Assembly: GCA_965227775.1 (NCBI GenBank)
Contig: OZ245777.1
Span: 3,136,001 to 3,200,000, forward strand
DNA length: 64,000 nt
Reading direction: 5' to 3'
From: Phycisphaerales bacterium
GTDB taxonomy: Bacteria; Planctomycetota; Phycisphaerae; Phycisphaerales; UBA1924
The notes under the pieces are model-generated. The model was not told where the DNA came from. It saw only the letters and a program-made list of their open reading frames with translations, and searched no databases. Each line of letters opens with the position of its first letter. Position 1 is the stretch's first letter. The position numbers and the translations under genes were made by a program. This document shows, piece by piece, positions 47,546 to 56,805 of this stretch.

Positions 47546-49135
47546 CTAATGCGCGTTGCGGTGCACGAAGCCGCGCAGCGGGGTCATCATCAGGATGCGC
47601 AGGTCGAACAACAGCGACCAGTGGCGCACGTAATAGATGTCGTAGCGGAGGCGGCGACGCAGGCTCGTGTCGCCGCGCAGGCCGTTGACCTGGGCCCAGC
47701 CGGTCATGCCGGCCTTGACGTGCTGACGGAGCATGTAGCCGCGCCAATCTTCGCGGAATTTGTCGATCAGCTCGGGCCGCTCGGGCCTCGGGCCCACGAG
47801 GCTCATCTCGCCGCGCAGGACGTTGAAGAGCTGGGGCAGCTCGTCGAGGCTCGTTGACCGCAGCAGTCGCCCGATTGGCGTGATGCGCGGGTCGTTGCGT
47901 CGGGTCCATCCCGCCTCACCCGCATCGCTTGAATCGGCACGTTCGGCTGTGTGAACCAGCTCGGCCGCCTCGTCGCTGGCCTGCACCATCGTGCGGAACT
48001 TGTACATCCAGAACACTTCGCCACCAAGGCCAACACGCCGCTGGCGGAAGATGATCGGCCCCGGACCGCTGATAGCGACCGCGATCGAGCAGACGAGCAT
48101 GATCGGGCTAAGCAGCAGCAGCGCGATGACGCCGCCGGCAAGGTCGAGCCCGCGCTTGAGCGCTCCGCCCACGCCGTGCGCGGGAGACTCGCGGTAGCTC
48201 AGCACGGGCATGCCGTCGAGCTCGTGCACGGCCATGGATTGCTGCACGTACCGGGGGTTCACGTCGGGGATAATGCGCACGTCGATCGGGAACCGCTCCA
48301 GCCGGCGCAGGATGCGACCGGTGATGGGCGTTTCTCTGCTCGGCAGCGCGAGATACACCGCGTCGACCTTGCACGCACCCATCGTCTGCTCGAGATCACG
48401 CAATCCGCCGAACACGGGCTTGCCCATGCACTCGGCAAGTCGGTTCTCGTGCTTGTGGCTGATGAAGTATGCAACACGCAGGCCCGTCCAGCTATTGCGG
48501 TCGAGCGTCTGTGCGGCGATGCGCCCCGTGCGGCCGACGCCGATGATCGCCACGTGCCGCAGGTTGTACCCGCGGCGTCGCAACCACCGCAGGAACATGC
48601 GGAACCCGGCGCGGTGGACCGACATCATGCCCAGGAGCAGGATGCCGAAGAGGATCATCTGCACGCGGCTTGCATCGAGCTCGAAGCCGAACAACATGAG
48701 GTGGCGGCTGGGGTGACCCCCTCCGGCCAGCTGGCTGCTGCCCACGCCCCAAAGCACGACAACCATCGCAACGACGGAGGCCGACGTCGCCTTGGCCACC
48801 TGCGTCAGCTCGCCAGCAAGCGAACGATCGCGCCGGGGGCGATAGAGCTTGAAGGCGTAGAAGCTGATCATGCAGCACAGGAGCGCCGCCAGCAGCAAGG
48901 GCTGCTTGAAGTAGTCTTCCCACGACTGGGGCCAGAATGGGTGGTCCCGCTGGTACGCGCTCCATGGATCGGCCAGCACCTGCGAGAGCGTGCGAGGCGA
49001 CTCCAGGTCACCCTGAGAGATCGGCACTACCAGTAGCTTGCGGCCCAGCCACGCCAGCGCGGCCGCCGCCAGCACCACCGCCGCATCGGCGGCCGCCAGC
49101 AAGACCAGGAGGAATTGATGCTGTTGCTTCAGCAC
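47546..49135 (-). CDS. wcaJ: Undecaprenyl-phosphate glucose phosphotransferase (WcaJ-like priming glycosyltransferase)
   Basis: TM N-terminus, CoA-binding-like middle, KRGLD...YKFRTM...SLDELPQLFNVLRGEMSLVGPRPER...GMTGWAQVNG. Confidence 0.9.
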   Translation of the reverse strand: MLKQQHQFLLVLLAAADAAVVLAAAALAWLGRKLLVVPISQGDLESPRTLSQVLADPWSAYQRDHPFWPQSWEDYFKQPLLLAALLCCMISFYAFKLYRPRRDRSLAGELTQVAKATSASVVAMVVVLWGVGSSQLAGGGHPSRHLMLFGFELDASRVQMILFGILLLGMMSVHRAGFRMFLRWLRRRGYNLRHVAIIGVGRTGRIAAQTLDRNSWTGLRVAYFISHKHENRLAECMGKPVFGGLRDLEQTMGACKVDAVYLALPSRETPITGRILRRLERFPIDVRIIPDVNPRYVQQSMAVHELDGMPVLSYRESPAHGVGGALKRGLDLAGGVIALLLLSPIMLVCSIAVAISGPGPIIFRQRRVGLGGEVFWMYKFRTMVQASDEAAELVHTAERADSSDAGEAGWTRRNDPRITPIGRLLRSTSLDELPQLFNVLRGEMSLVGPRPERPELIDKFREDWRGYMLRQHVKAGMTGWAQVNGLRGDTSLRRRLRYDIYYVRHWSLLFDLRILMMTPLRGFVHRNAH

Positions 49136-49262
49136 GCCCTGGTGCTCCCCTTCCGTGCGGCGTCGGGTTGCCGTTCGCAAGCCCCGTTCGGGTAGTTTAT
49201 CGGTTCCGATCCGTCGGTTCGCTCCAGCGAGCCCATTGGCCACCAGATTGCGCAGAACGGTG

Positions 49263-50216
49263 TTAGTCCTGCGGCTCCGGCCACGGCGGGCTCGGCCGGA
49301 CGCTCGGCGTGTGCTCGCCCAGGCGCTCCAAATCGGCCCTATCACTGTCGGTTATCGCGCCTGCATCGGGCGGCACGATCTGGACCACCGCAAACAGGTC
49401 GCCGCTGGTGCCCTTTGCGTCGGTGAGACCGCGGCCTCGGAGACGCAGCCGCTTGCCGCTGCGCGTGCCTGCGGGCACCGTGATGAAGACGTCTCCCTCG
49501 AGCGTGGGCACGCCGACTTCCTTGCCGAGCGCCGCTTCGGCGTAGGTCAGCGGCAGATCGATCGCCAAGTCAAGCACGCCCTCACGCCTGTAGAGCGGGT
49601 GCTTGCCCACGCGGATGGTCAGAATGAGATCGGCCTCGCCCCGCCCGCCGGCGACGCGCAGCTTCGCGCCGTCGACGATGGCCTTGGGAATGGTGACCTC
49701 GATCGTGGTCGCCTTGCCATCCCGACGCACGGGCACACGCTCGGTGCCGCCACGGGCCATGGTCATGAACGACACGTCGAGTTCGGCCTGCGCGGAAGGA
49801 TGCGTGCGCTCGCGCGATCTGCCCCGCTGCGAGCGAGCGCTGCGGGGCGTTGGCCCTGCTCCTCCACCGCCGAACAACGTGTCGAACATCGAGCCCAGAT
49901 CGTCAATATCGAATTCCGAGGGTCCCCCACCGCCGCGGCCGCCCACGTTGCCCCACGTGTAGTGCGCCCCGCCTGCGCCAGTCCCGGCTGCAGCGGCGGC
50001 GCCCGCCCGCCCAAAGCGGTCGTACTGCGCACGCTTCTCGGGCTCTCCCAGCACGTCGTAGGCGGTCTGCACCTCGGCAAACTTCTCGGCCGCGTCGGCG
50101 GCCTTGTTGACGTCCGGATGCAACTCCCGCGCGAGCTTGCGGTAGGCGGCGCGGATCTCATCCTGCGTGGCCGATCGCTTCACGCCGAGCACGTCGTAGT
50201 AGTCGCGATCAGCCAT
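49263..50216 (-). CDS. DnaJ-class co-chaperone (CbpA/type II, no zinc finger)
   Basis: J domain DYYDVLGV...LHPD, Gly-rich linker, DnaJ C-terminal LRLRGRG. Confidence 0.92.
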   Translation of the reverse strand: MADRDYYDVLGVKRSATQDEIRAAYRKLARELHPDVNKAADAAEKFAEVQTAYDVLGEPEKRAQYDRFGRAGAAAAAGTGAGGAHYTWGNVGGRGGGGPSEFDIDDLGSMFDTLFGGGGAGPTPRSARSQRGRSRERTHPSAQAELDVSFMTMARGGTERVPVRRDGKATTIEVTIPKAIVDGAKLRVAGGRGEADLILTIRVGKHPLYRREGVLDLAIDLPLTYAEAALGKEVGVPTLEGDVFITVPAGTRSGKRLRLRGRGLTDAKGTSGDLFAVVQIVPPDAGAITDSDRADLERLGEHTPSVRPSPPWPEPQD

Positions 50217-50246
50217 CGCGCTCACCGATTTGGGTCACGATGCGAT

Positions 50247-51344
50247 TCAGGGCCGCTCCTGGCGCTTGACGCGCTCTTCCATCGGAATCGGGTCAGTCTG
50301 CTCGACGCGGATGATGTGGATGTGGAACACCAGCGTCGAACCCGCCGGAAGATTCTGCATGACCACGTCGCCAAAACCGAGCTCGGGCGGGATGACGATC
50401 TTGCGCCGCACGCCCTCGAACAGCGGCTCGATGCCCTGCTTGAAGCCGCCCACGACGCGCAACGGATACGCCACGCGCATCGCCAGCCCGCGTTCGAACG
50501 TTGAGTCGAAGATCGTGCCGTCGGTCCGCCAGGCCTCGTAGTTGAGCAGCACCATGTCGCCCTCGTCAGTCGGGGGATCGTCGGTCTTGCCCTCGTTGTA
50601 GGTGATCACGGCCAGGCCGTCCTCGCTGACGCTAGCCGTCACCGGCGAGGTGCCCCGCTCCCAGGTGATCGCGCCGGTGCCGGGGATGGGCGTGGCATCA
50701 ATGCCGTAGAACGTGTCTTCCGAGACGACCCGATCGGGCCGAACGCGCATTGCGCTCGTCATCTCGACCGAGCCCGAGTCGGGCGTTGGATAAGCCTGGA
50801 TCGTCTCGCCGGCATAGCCCCCGCTGGCGCGCTCGAAGCGCAAGTCCTTGGTCGCCAGCAGTTCCTCGAGGCGGATCTCTTCGAGCGGCATGTGGTCGGG
50901 CGCGAGCCACAGCGAGGTGAGCATGCGCGCCCGCTCGGGGTCGCGAAACTCATAGGTGCGCAAACGCAGCGCCTCGCCGTAGCGGTACACGCGGAAGATC
51001 GCCTGCCGCACAGGCTCCCACGGCGTGGCGTCGCTGTGCACCTCGACATAAATCGCCCGGCCGAGCAGCTCGGTCTCGAAGGGCAGCATGTGCATCCAGA
51101 GCACCGCGGCATCCTCGCCCTGGCCGACCGAGCTGGTCGTCTTCCAGCTGCCCTCGAGCATGGAGGTCAGGCGGCTGATGTCCGCGTCGATCGGCTGGCC
51201 CACGAACAGGCTTGGCTGTGGTGCGGGCCCGTCCTCGGTCTCGTCGAAGCTGTTGGGGGTCGGCGTCGGCTGGGCGCACGCGAGCCACGCTGGGGCCATC
51301 ACGGCCGCCAGCGAAGCGAACAACGTCTTGCGGAATCGATGCAT
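50247..51344 (-). CDS. Exported protein: CpcT/CpeT-like beta-barrel fused to FKBP-type PPIase
   Basis: Signal peptide; LEGSW...IYVE...PVRQAIFR; C-terminal GD.V..NY...DGTIFDS...GVRRKIVIPPELGFG...STLVF; AGGAG RBS. Confidence 0.72.
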   Translation of the reverse strand: MHRFRKTLFASLAAVMAPAWLACAQPTPTPNSFDETEDGPAPQPSLFVGQPIDADISRLTSMLEGSWKTTSSVGQGEDAAVLWMHMLPFETELLGRAIYVEVHSDATPWEPVRQAIFRVYRYGEALRLRTYEFRDPERARMLTSLWLAPDHMPLEEIRLEELLATKDLRFERASGGYAGETIQAYPTPDSGSVEMTSAMRVRPDRVVSEDTFYGIDATPIPGTGAITWERGTSPVTASVSEDGLAVITYNEGKTDDPPTDEGDMVLLNYEAWRTDGTIFDSTFERGLAMRVAYPLRVVGGFKQGIEPLFEGVRRKIVIPPELGFGDVVMQNLPAGSTLVFHIHIIRVEQTDPIPMEERVKRQERP

Positions 51345-51430
51345 GCAGGCACTCCTACTTTGGCAACGGACCATTGTATGGGCCTTTGCTACGACGGGGC
51401 CTGCGGGGGTTTGGGCGCTCAGCCCGGCAC

Positions 51431-52414
51431 TCAGGCCAGCTCGGGGAACATCTTCTGCACGATGCCCACCAGGTCCTGCACGTGGCTGACGCTCTCGTCG
51501 AACAGGGCCTTCTCGCCGCCCTCGAAGTCGAAGTCGACGACCTTCTCGACGCCGCCCTTGCCCAGCAGCGCGGGCACGCCCACGAAGTAGCCCTTGGCCG
51601 CGCCGCCGAACTCGCTATCGCAGTAGACGGCGCTGGGGATGATGCGCTTCTTGTCCTTGATGATGGCCTCGACCATCTGGATGGTGCCGCTGGCAGGCGC
51701 GTAGTAGGCGCTGGTGCCCATGAGCTTGACGACCTCGCCGCCGCCGACCTTGGCGCGCTCGACGCACGCGGTGATCTTGTCCTCGCTCAGCAGGCTGGTG
51801 ACCGGGATGCCGTGCACGCTGGTCAGGCGCGGCAGCGGCACCATGTCATCGCCGTGGCCGCCCAGCAAGAGCGCCTGCACGTCCTCGACCGAGCAGCCGA
51901 TCTCCCACGCCAGGAACGTGCGGTACCGCGCGACGTCGAGCGCGCCGGCCTGGCCCATGATGCGGTTGGTCGGGAAGCCCGTGGCCTTCCACGCCGTGTA
52001 CACCATGGCGTCAAGAGGATTACTCACGACGATGACGATGCTGTCGGGCGCGTGTTGCTTGATGTTCTCGCTCACGCTCTTGACGATCTTGACGTTGGTC
52101 TCGATCAGGTCGTCGCGGCTCATGCCCGGCTTGCGCGGCAGGCCGGCCGTCACGACCACCACGTCGCTGCCGGCGATGTCGGCGTAGTCGCTGGTGCCGA
52201 TGATGTTGCTGTCGAAGCGTTCGATCGGGCCGCAGCAGGCCAGATCCAGCATCTTGCCCTGGGCCACGCCCACCTTGTCGGGAATGTCGAGCACGACGAC
52301 GTCGCCTAGTTCCTTTGCCGCCGCCCAGTGGGCGCACGTGGCGCCGACGTTGCCGGCCCCGATGATGCTGATCTTGGGGCGGCTGGTCTTCATCTTGGGG
52401 GTCGGGCTGGTCAT
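51431..52414 (-). CDS. mdh: Malate dehydrogenase (LDH-like)
   Basis: IIGAGNVG, TAGLPRKPGMSRDDL, VSNPLD, LDVAR, GGHGD, SAYYAP. Confidence 0.96.
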   Translation of the reverse strand: MTSPTPKMKTSRPKISIIGAGNVGATCAHWAAAKELGDVVVLDIPDKVGVAQGKMLDLACCGPIERFDSNIIGTSDYADIAGSDVVVVTAGLPRKPGMSRDDLIETNVKIVKSVSENIKQHAPDSIVIVVSNPLDAMVYTAWKATGFPTNRIMGQAGALDVARYRTFLAWEIGCSVEDVQALLLGGHGDDMVPLPRLTSVHGIPVTSLLSEDKITACVERAKVGGGEVVKLMGTSAYYAPASGTIQMVEAIIKDKKRIIPSAVYCDSEFGGAAKGYFVGVPALLGKGGVEKVVDFDFEGGEKALFDESVSHVQDLVGIVQKMFPELA

Positions 52415-52512
52415 GCTCGGTCTCCGTCTGGTGGGCCTGGGGTGCGGTTGGTCGGAAGGCGAGCAGGGTAGGAAGGGGCCCTTGAGAAGGCACGTTTGGC
52501 AACACAAAAGAC

Positions 52513-52542
52513 AAGGCCCGGGACGGATTCGTCCCGGGCCTT
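52513..52542. terminator. Strong hairpin/terminator downstream of the 52571-53335 gene
   Basis: AAGGCCCGGGACG-GATT-CGTCCCGGGCCTT, a perfect 13-bp stem with T-rich tails. Confidence 0.8.
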
Positions 52543-52570
52543 CTTGTGTGTTTCGTTCTGTCTGGAAGGC

Positions 52571-53335
52571 TCAGCCGGCCTTGTCGGCGCCCTTGGCGGT
52601 CTGGGCGTCCTTGAGGGCCTGGGCGTCCTCGATGGTCAGCGTCTCGCCGCCCTCACCCCCGCTCTGAACGGCGCTCTCGCTCACGCTCTCACCACCAACC
52701 GTCCCGAAGTTGAACACCCGCTCGTCGCTCCAGTCGCTGCGGACGTTGTTGGTGAGCTTGGTGGCCACCTGGTAGCCGATCCATTCCACGCCGCCGGGCA
52801 CGCTGCTGTCGGTCCACGCCTTCTCGCCGGTCGTGTCCATGTAGGTGAACGGCTGGGCGTCCTGGCCGATGGGCTTGACGCGGCGCTGGATGACGAAGAC
52901 CGAGCCCTGGCCCTTGTTGGCCTCGTAGGTAAGCACGAGCTCGCCGTTGGTCGTGTTGCGGAGGGCGAGGCCGGTGGGCACGGGCGCCTCGCTGCGGGGC
53001 GTCTTGGGCCTTGGCTCGGGGATGCTGGCCTTGACGTAGACGCTCTCGTCGGCGGTCGCCTTGGCGTAGCCGTCGATCTGGGTGACCAGGCCGCCCATGG
53101 TCGTGCGCAGGTCGCCGACCTTGAGGTCCTTGTCGGCCGTCTTCGTGACCGAGTCGAGGCGGACGGTCTCGGCTGCGTCGAGGGCCGACTGGGCCGCGTC
53201 GAGCTTGAGCTGCGCTTCGGCGACTTGCTCCGATGTCATGCCGATGGTGGGCGCGACACCGTTGCCAGCCCAGATGGTCAGGTGCTGTGCGGCCCAGGTG
53301 AGGAACTCTTGCTCGCGGTCGGGGAGACGTGACAT
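52571..53335 (-). CDS. Hypothetical protein: helical N-terminus plus FN3-like beta domain
   Basis: Strong host-like codon usage; amphipathic helices, then PVPTGL...GELVLTY...FVIQR...WTD...YQV...SDWS; no signal peptide. Confidence 0.75.
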   Translation of the reverse strand: MSRLPDREQEFLTWAAQHLTIWAGNGVAPTIGMTSEQVAEAQLKLDAAQSALDAAETVRLDSVTKTADKDLKVGDLRTTMGGLVTQIDGYAKATADESVYVKASIPEPRPKTPRSEAPVPTGLALRNTTNGELVLTYEANKGQGSVFVIQRRVKPIGQDAQPFTYMDTTGEKAWTDSSVPGGVEWIGYQVATKLTNNVRSDWSDERVFNFGTVGGESVSESAVQSGGEGGETLTIEDAQALKDAQTAKGADKAG

Positions 53336-53644
53336 GACGACGACCTCGCATCCGGCGTTCGCCCGCCGATCGGCGGCCCCGGCGGCGTGCCGGGGCTAGT
53401 GGGCTCATCGTCGGTCCGCGGGTGCGGGTTGAGTCGATCGTGAGGATTTTCTTGGGTGGATCTGGGGTTGGGGTCCGGGAACGTGGGAGGATGCGGACTG
53501 GGGGGCTCTGATCAACGCCTCCTGAAGCCGAGGGATAGCACCCTCGATGCGATGGGCCAGCCACAATCGACAGAGCAGTCCGCCATGACGACGGCTATCG
53601 TGGGGACTGCTACTCGAACATCGCCAAATGAAAGGGGCTGGCAC

Positions 53645-54424
53645 TTGCAGTCCAACCTGGCAACATACAAGGCCGACATTGAGAGGCTCTACGAAACCGG
53701 CACCGAGCTACTTGCGAGCCTGGTTGCCCAGCACGCGCCGGCAGAGTTTGAGAAGGCATTTAAGGACGCGGAAGCAGTTCGCAATGACCTACCAGAATTT
53801 CAGAAGGACTACCAAGCGTGGTACTCTGAGGCACTGGTAGCCGTCAAGCTACTGCTTCCTGATCGACTTGAGGACTTTATTCGACACTACGAGGCTCCCA
53901 AGAATCGGCGGGAACTTACGCTCGACAACTATCGCATTGAGGACGCACTTCGCAACCTCAGCAGCCCTTTCATGAGCTACAACCCGATGTCCGCGTACGC
54001 CCATGTTGAGCAACAGGTAGAGATCGTCGGTGCGCTGCAGAGACGTCTGGAGAGTTCGCTGTTTGATATCCGCCAACTTGTCTTGGCCGATCTGATGGAT
54101 TCCGAGCTTGACGCAGCCAGGGAGTTAACAAAGAAGGGCTTTCACCGCGCGGCTGGAGCCATCGCTGGCGTCGTGCTCGAGAAGCACCTCGCGCAAGTGT
54201 GCTCGAACCACAAGCTCAAGATTGCCAAGAAGAACCCCACGATTAGCAACTTCAACGATGCACTCAAGGACGCGAACGTGGTCGAGATCCCGCAGTGGCG
54301 GCAAGTCCAGCACCTCGGCGACCTGCGCAACCTCTGCGATCATGGCAAGGGCAAGGAGCCGACCGCTGATGACGCGGAAGACCTGATTAAGGGCGTGACC
54401 AAGCTCACCAAGACACTATTCTGA
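53645..54424 (+). CDS. HEPN-domain protein (putative RNase/toxin)
   Basis: C-terminal helical domain AARELTKKGFHRAAGAIAGVVLEKHL...LRNLCDH (RxxxxH); probable TTG start after AAAGGGG. Confidence 0.72.
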   Translation: MQSNLATYKADIERLYETGTELLASLVAQHAPAEFEKAFKDAEAVRNDLPEFQKDYQAWYSEALVAVKLLLPDRLEDFIRHYEAPKNRRELTLDNYRIEDALRNLSSPFMSYNPMSAYAHVEQQVEIVGALQRRLESSLFDIRQLVLADLMDSELDAARELTKKGFHRAAGAIAGVVLEKHLAQVCSNHKLKIAKKNPTISNFNDALKDANVVEIPQWRQVQHLGDLRNLCDHGKGKEPTADDAEDLIKGVTKLTKTLF

Positions 54425-54591
54425 GAGCGGATCACCGCACCTCCTATTCACACTCGACGGCACAATTACACCACATCGCCACTTTTCGCTGTCATCTACA
54501 TCTGATTTGTAGTCGCCAACTTGTGGGGCTTTGGCCGGATCACCACGCCGACCGTCAGCTCGATCACCCGGCCTGCATGCCGGCCTAGACC

Positions 54592-55278
54592 TCAATGTTG
54601 AGGCCCATCACTATCCGGCGTCAGCGATCTGTTCCCCGGTTGCTTAGCTTCACGCTTCTTTCGCGCCTCGAGATACAACCGGTAGGGCTTCACTGTCCGC
54701 CCAAAGACGTTAAACAAGGGCATTGCCGAAAATGCTTCGAACACGACTTCCGCATAGATATCAGGTATCCACCCAACAAAATCTCGCTTGTTGATCACCT
54801 CTACACCCATTTTTCGCACAACCACCTCGGGAGCCTTTCGGGGGCCCGCCAGCTTGTACGCGATCACAATTCGATCATTTGCATTCAGATAATCCACATT
54901 GAGACTTCGACACTTATCATCACCGCCAAGCGAAAGGGAACTCCCGTCGAACTCAAAGTTTGCCAAACCGACCTCAAAGTCGATCAAGGCGGTTCCCTCA
55001 TTCGCCGACACTTTCGCCTCTACATCCTGGACCGGAACATTTCCTGTGTTCTGAATCGCCACCTCACCCATGTAGAGGTGCTCGATCTGCTGTTCCTTAT
55101 AGACTATTTTGACATCGGATTTTACCTGATCGCCCACATCGAGAAGTTTGGCCAAGGGAGAAACGACAACAGCAAGTCGCTTGCGTTGCTGCAATCGTTT
55201 GCTTACAAGCCAATGACCTAGAATACCGAGAAAAACGCCAGCGATCGCAAAGATCCCATTCACGACTTCAGGCCGCAT
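54592..55278 (-). CDS. Hypothetical protein, N-terminal TM plus beta-rich domain
   Basis: AAGGAG RBS, TM helix, Ig-like IQNTGNVPV motif. Confidence 0.7.
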   Translation of the reverse strand: MRPEVVNGIFAIAGVFLGILGHWLVSKRLQQRKRLAVVVSPLAKLLDVGDQVKSDVKIVYKEQQIEHLYMGEVAIQNTGNVPVQDVEAKVSANEGTALIDFEVGLANFEFDGSSLSLGGDDKCRSLNVDYLNANDRIVIAYKLAGPRKAPEVVVRKMGVEVINKRDFVGWIPDIYAEVVFEAFSAMPLFNVFGRTVKPYRLYLEARKKREAKQPGNRSLTPDSDGPQH

Positions 55279-55438
55279 ACAAATGACTCCTTGATTGCTA
55301 AGCTACCGCTAGGTGAACAGTAGTCCGCATCGGACATGACAATTCTAATCCAGTAGGCCTGGCAGGCTTCCGCTACATTAGCACACGACCGCAACGATCA
55401 CTCATCTAGCACACCAAGTCTTGCTCGAGCGTGTAAAC

Positions 55439-56212
55439 CTACTTATTATGATTCATCAGCGCCCAACCCAACCCAATCACGATCGCTATCACCCAAAATA
55501 TAAAGGCGTATGCGGGCCCATATACGATCCAGTGAAATGCAATAAACATCTTATCAGCTAGACTATTTTCGGATTGAATCAGCCACTGATGCTCTGTGTT
55601 TGTCTGAGCCAGCACGGAGCATGCTAGGAGTAGCAGAACTAATCCTACGGTACTTCCTGAGAGCTGGCCCTCGCATTCAGCTACAATGTAACGTACTACG
55701 CTTACCATCCCAACTAACCACAGCAGCATTGCGGCCAGCCACGCATGCTGTTGACCTAACAGCACTTCAAAACACACACACCCGGCGTGGCAAATCATGA
55801 ATCCCAATACGAATAATACTCCCGCACTCACATTTCGAAATAGACTGCCGAGTGCGATCGCTGTGACCATCAGCCAAACGGCCCTTGCTGCAGTCGCCAG
55901 AGCTGCCACTAACGCATGACTGAGAGCCAATGCGCCATCTCTTACCGATCCATCACTATGGAACCCGATACCGACCGTCTGAGCCATGACACCAAACAGC
56001 ATGAACACCGCGAACCCGACCACAATAGCTGCACCAGAGTGCCCCTCGTGGTGTTGATTCCACAGACCAAAAGCAAATACTCCCATAGCGATGGAGAACA
56101 GAGTCGAAACGACTGCCACAGCAAACGCCACGACAACTGCCATCCACTCCCCACTTATCTCAATCGAGTGGCCTGAAGTCCACCCTTCAAAGAAGGCAGA
56201 AAGAAACCGCAT
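55439..56212 (-). CDS. Hypothetical polytopic membrane protein
   Basis: About 7 hydrophobic helices; GGGAG RBS. Confidence 0.65.
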   Translation of the reverse strand: MRFLSAFFEGWTSGHSIEISGEWMAVVVAFAVAVVSTLFSIAMGVFAFGLWNQHHEGHSGAAIVVGFAVFMLFGVMAQTVGIGFHSDGSVRDGALALSHALVAALATAARAVWLMVTAIALGSLFRNVSAGVLFVLGFMICHAGCVCFEVLLGQQHAWLAAMLLWLVGMVSVVRYIVAECEGQLSGSTVGLVLLLLACSVLAQTNTEHQWLIQSENSLADKMFIAFHWIVYGPAYAFIFWVIAIVIGLGWALMNHNK

Positions 56213-56508
56213 GCGTCGCTCCCAAATCCAATCGGCATCTCTCAGGCGGTGATTTGGTACTGACTTAACGCCAGCGGTCAGCGCAATGGTCCGCCGGATT
56301 TCATTCTACAATGACACTCGCTTCAGAGCTCCCGGCTTTCTCGTCCGGGACTGAGAGTTCCCGATACGGGGTCGATCACATGGTCTCGCCTTAAGTACGT
56401 TACTTGAGGTCCTAGGCAATTTTGGAGATCAGTTCCGCCATCGGGACACAACGAACACCCCCATTACAACCACGAACGCGGCACGAGGCGATAGTGACAC
56501 GCAGCCCG

Positions 56509-56760
56509 AGAGGCCGCTCCGATCATGCCCGGAGCCCCTCCACCACCGTCCGGAAACGCCCCGGCACGCACGAACGCCGCCCCGGCCATGACCAAAACCC
56601 CTCCGGACATTGCCGAAGGCCTTCCAGACCATGCCAGAGCCGTTCCGGCACGCACGGGAGGCTCTCCGGACAGGACGAGAGCCGCTCCGGTCATGACGGG
56701 AGCCGCTCTGGCAGCTGGAAATGCCGCACTCCGTTGAGCCAGAGCCGCATTCGGAAGACA
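56509..56760. repeat. Degenerate tandem array, 12 x 21 bp
   Basis: Units stay in exact 21-nt phase, e.g. CAGAGCCGTTCCGGCACGCAC / GGGAGGCTCTCCGGACAGGAC / GAGAGCCGCTCCGGTCATGAC. Confidence 0.8.
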
Positions 56761-56805
56761 AGGATACGGTTTCCGTTCATGTCGGGTCGGCGGGTGTTTG
56801 GGGAT

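Larger units (their letters stand above)
53450..56420. other. Low-GC accessory patch (three genes, no integrase or transposase)
   Basis: Abrupt AT enrichment (line 55441-55500 is 26/60 GC) in otherwise very GC-rich sequence; boundaries approximate. Confidence 0.7.

Noticed and set aside
56389..56409. Imperfect palindrome CCTTAAGTA-CGT-TACTTGAGG at the low-GC patch edge as a dif/Xer site
   Set aside because: It does not fit the 11-6-11 dif layout or the XerD-arm consensus, and it is too short to support alone.
56509..56760. Possible CRISPR array
   Set aside because: There is no invariant repeat with unique spacers and no cas genes; it is a contiguous degenerate tandem repeat.
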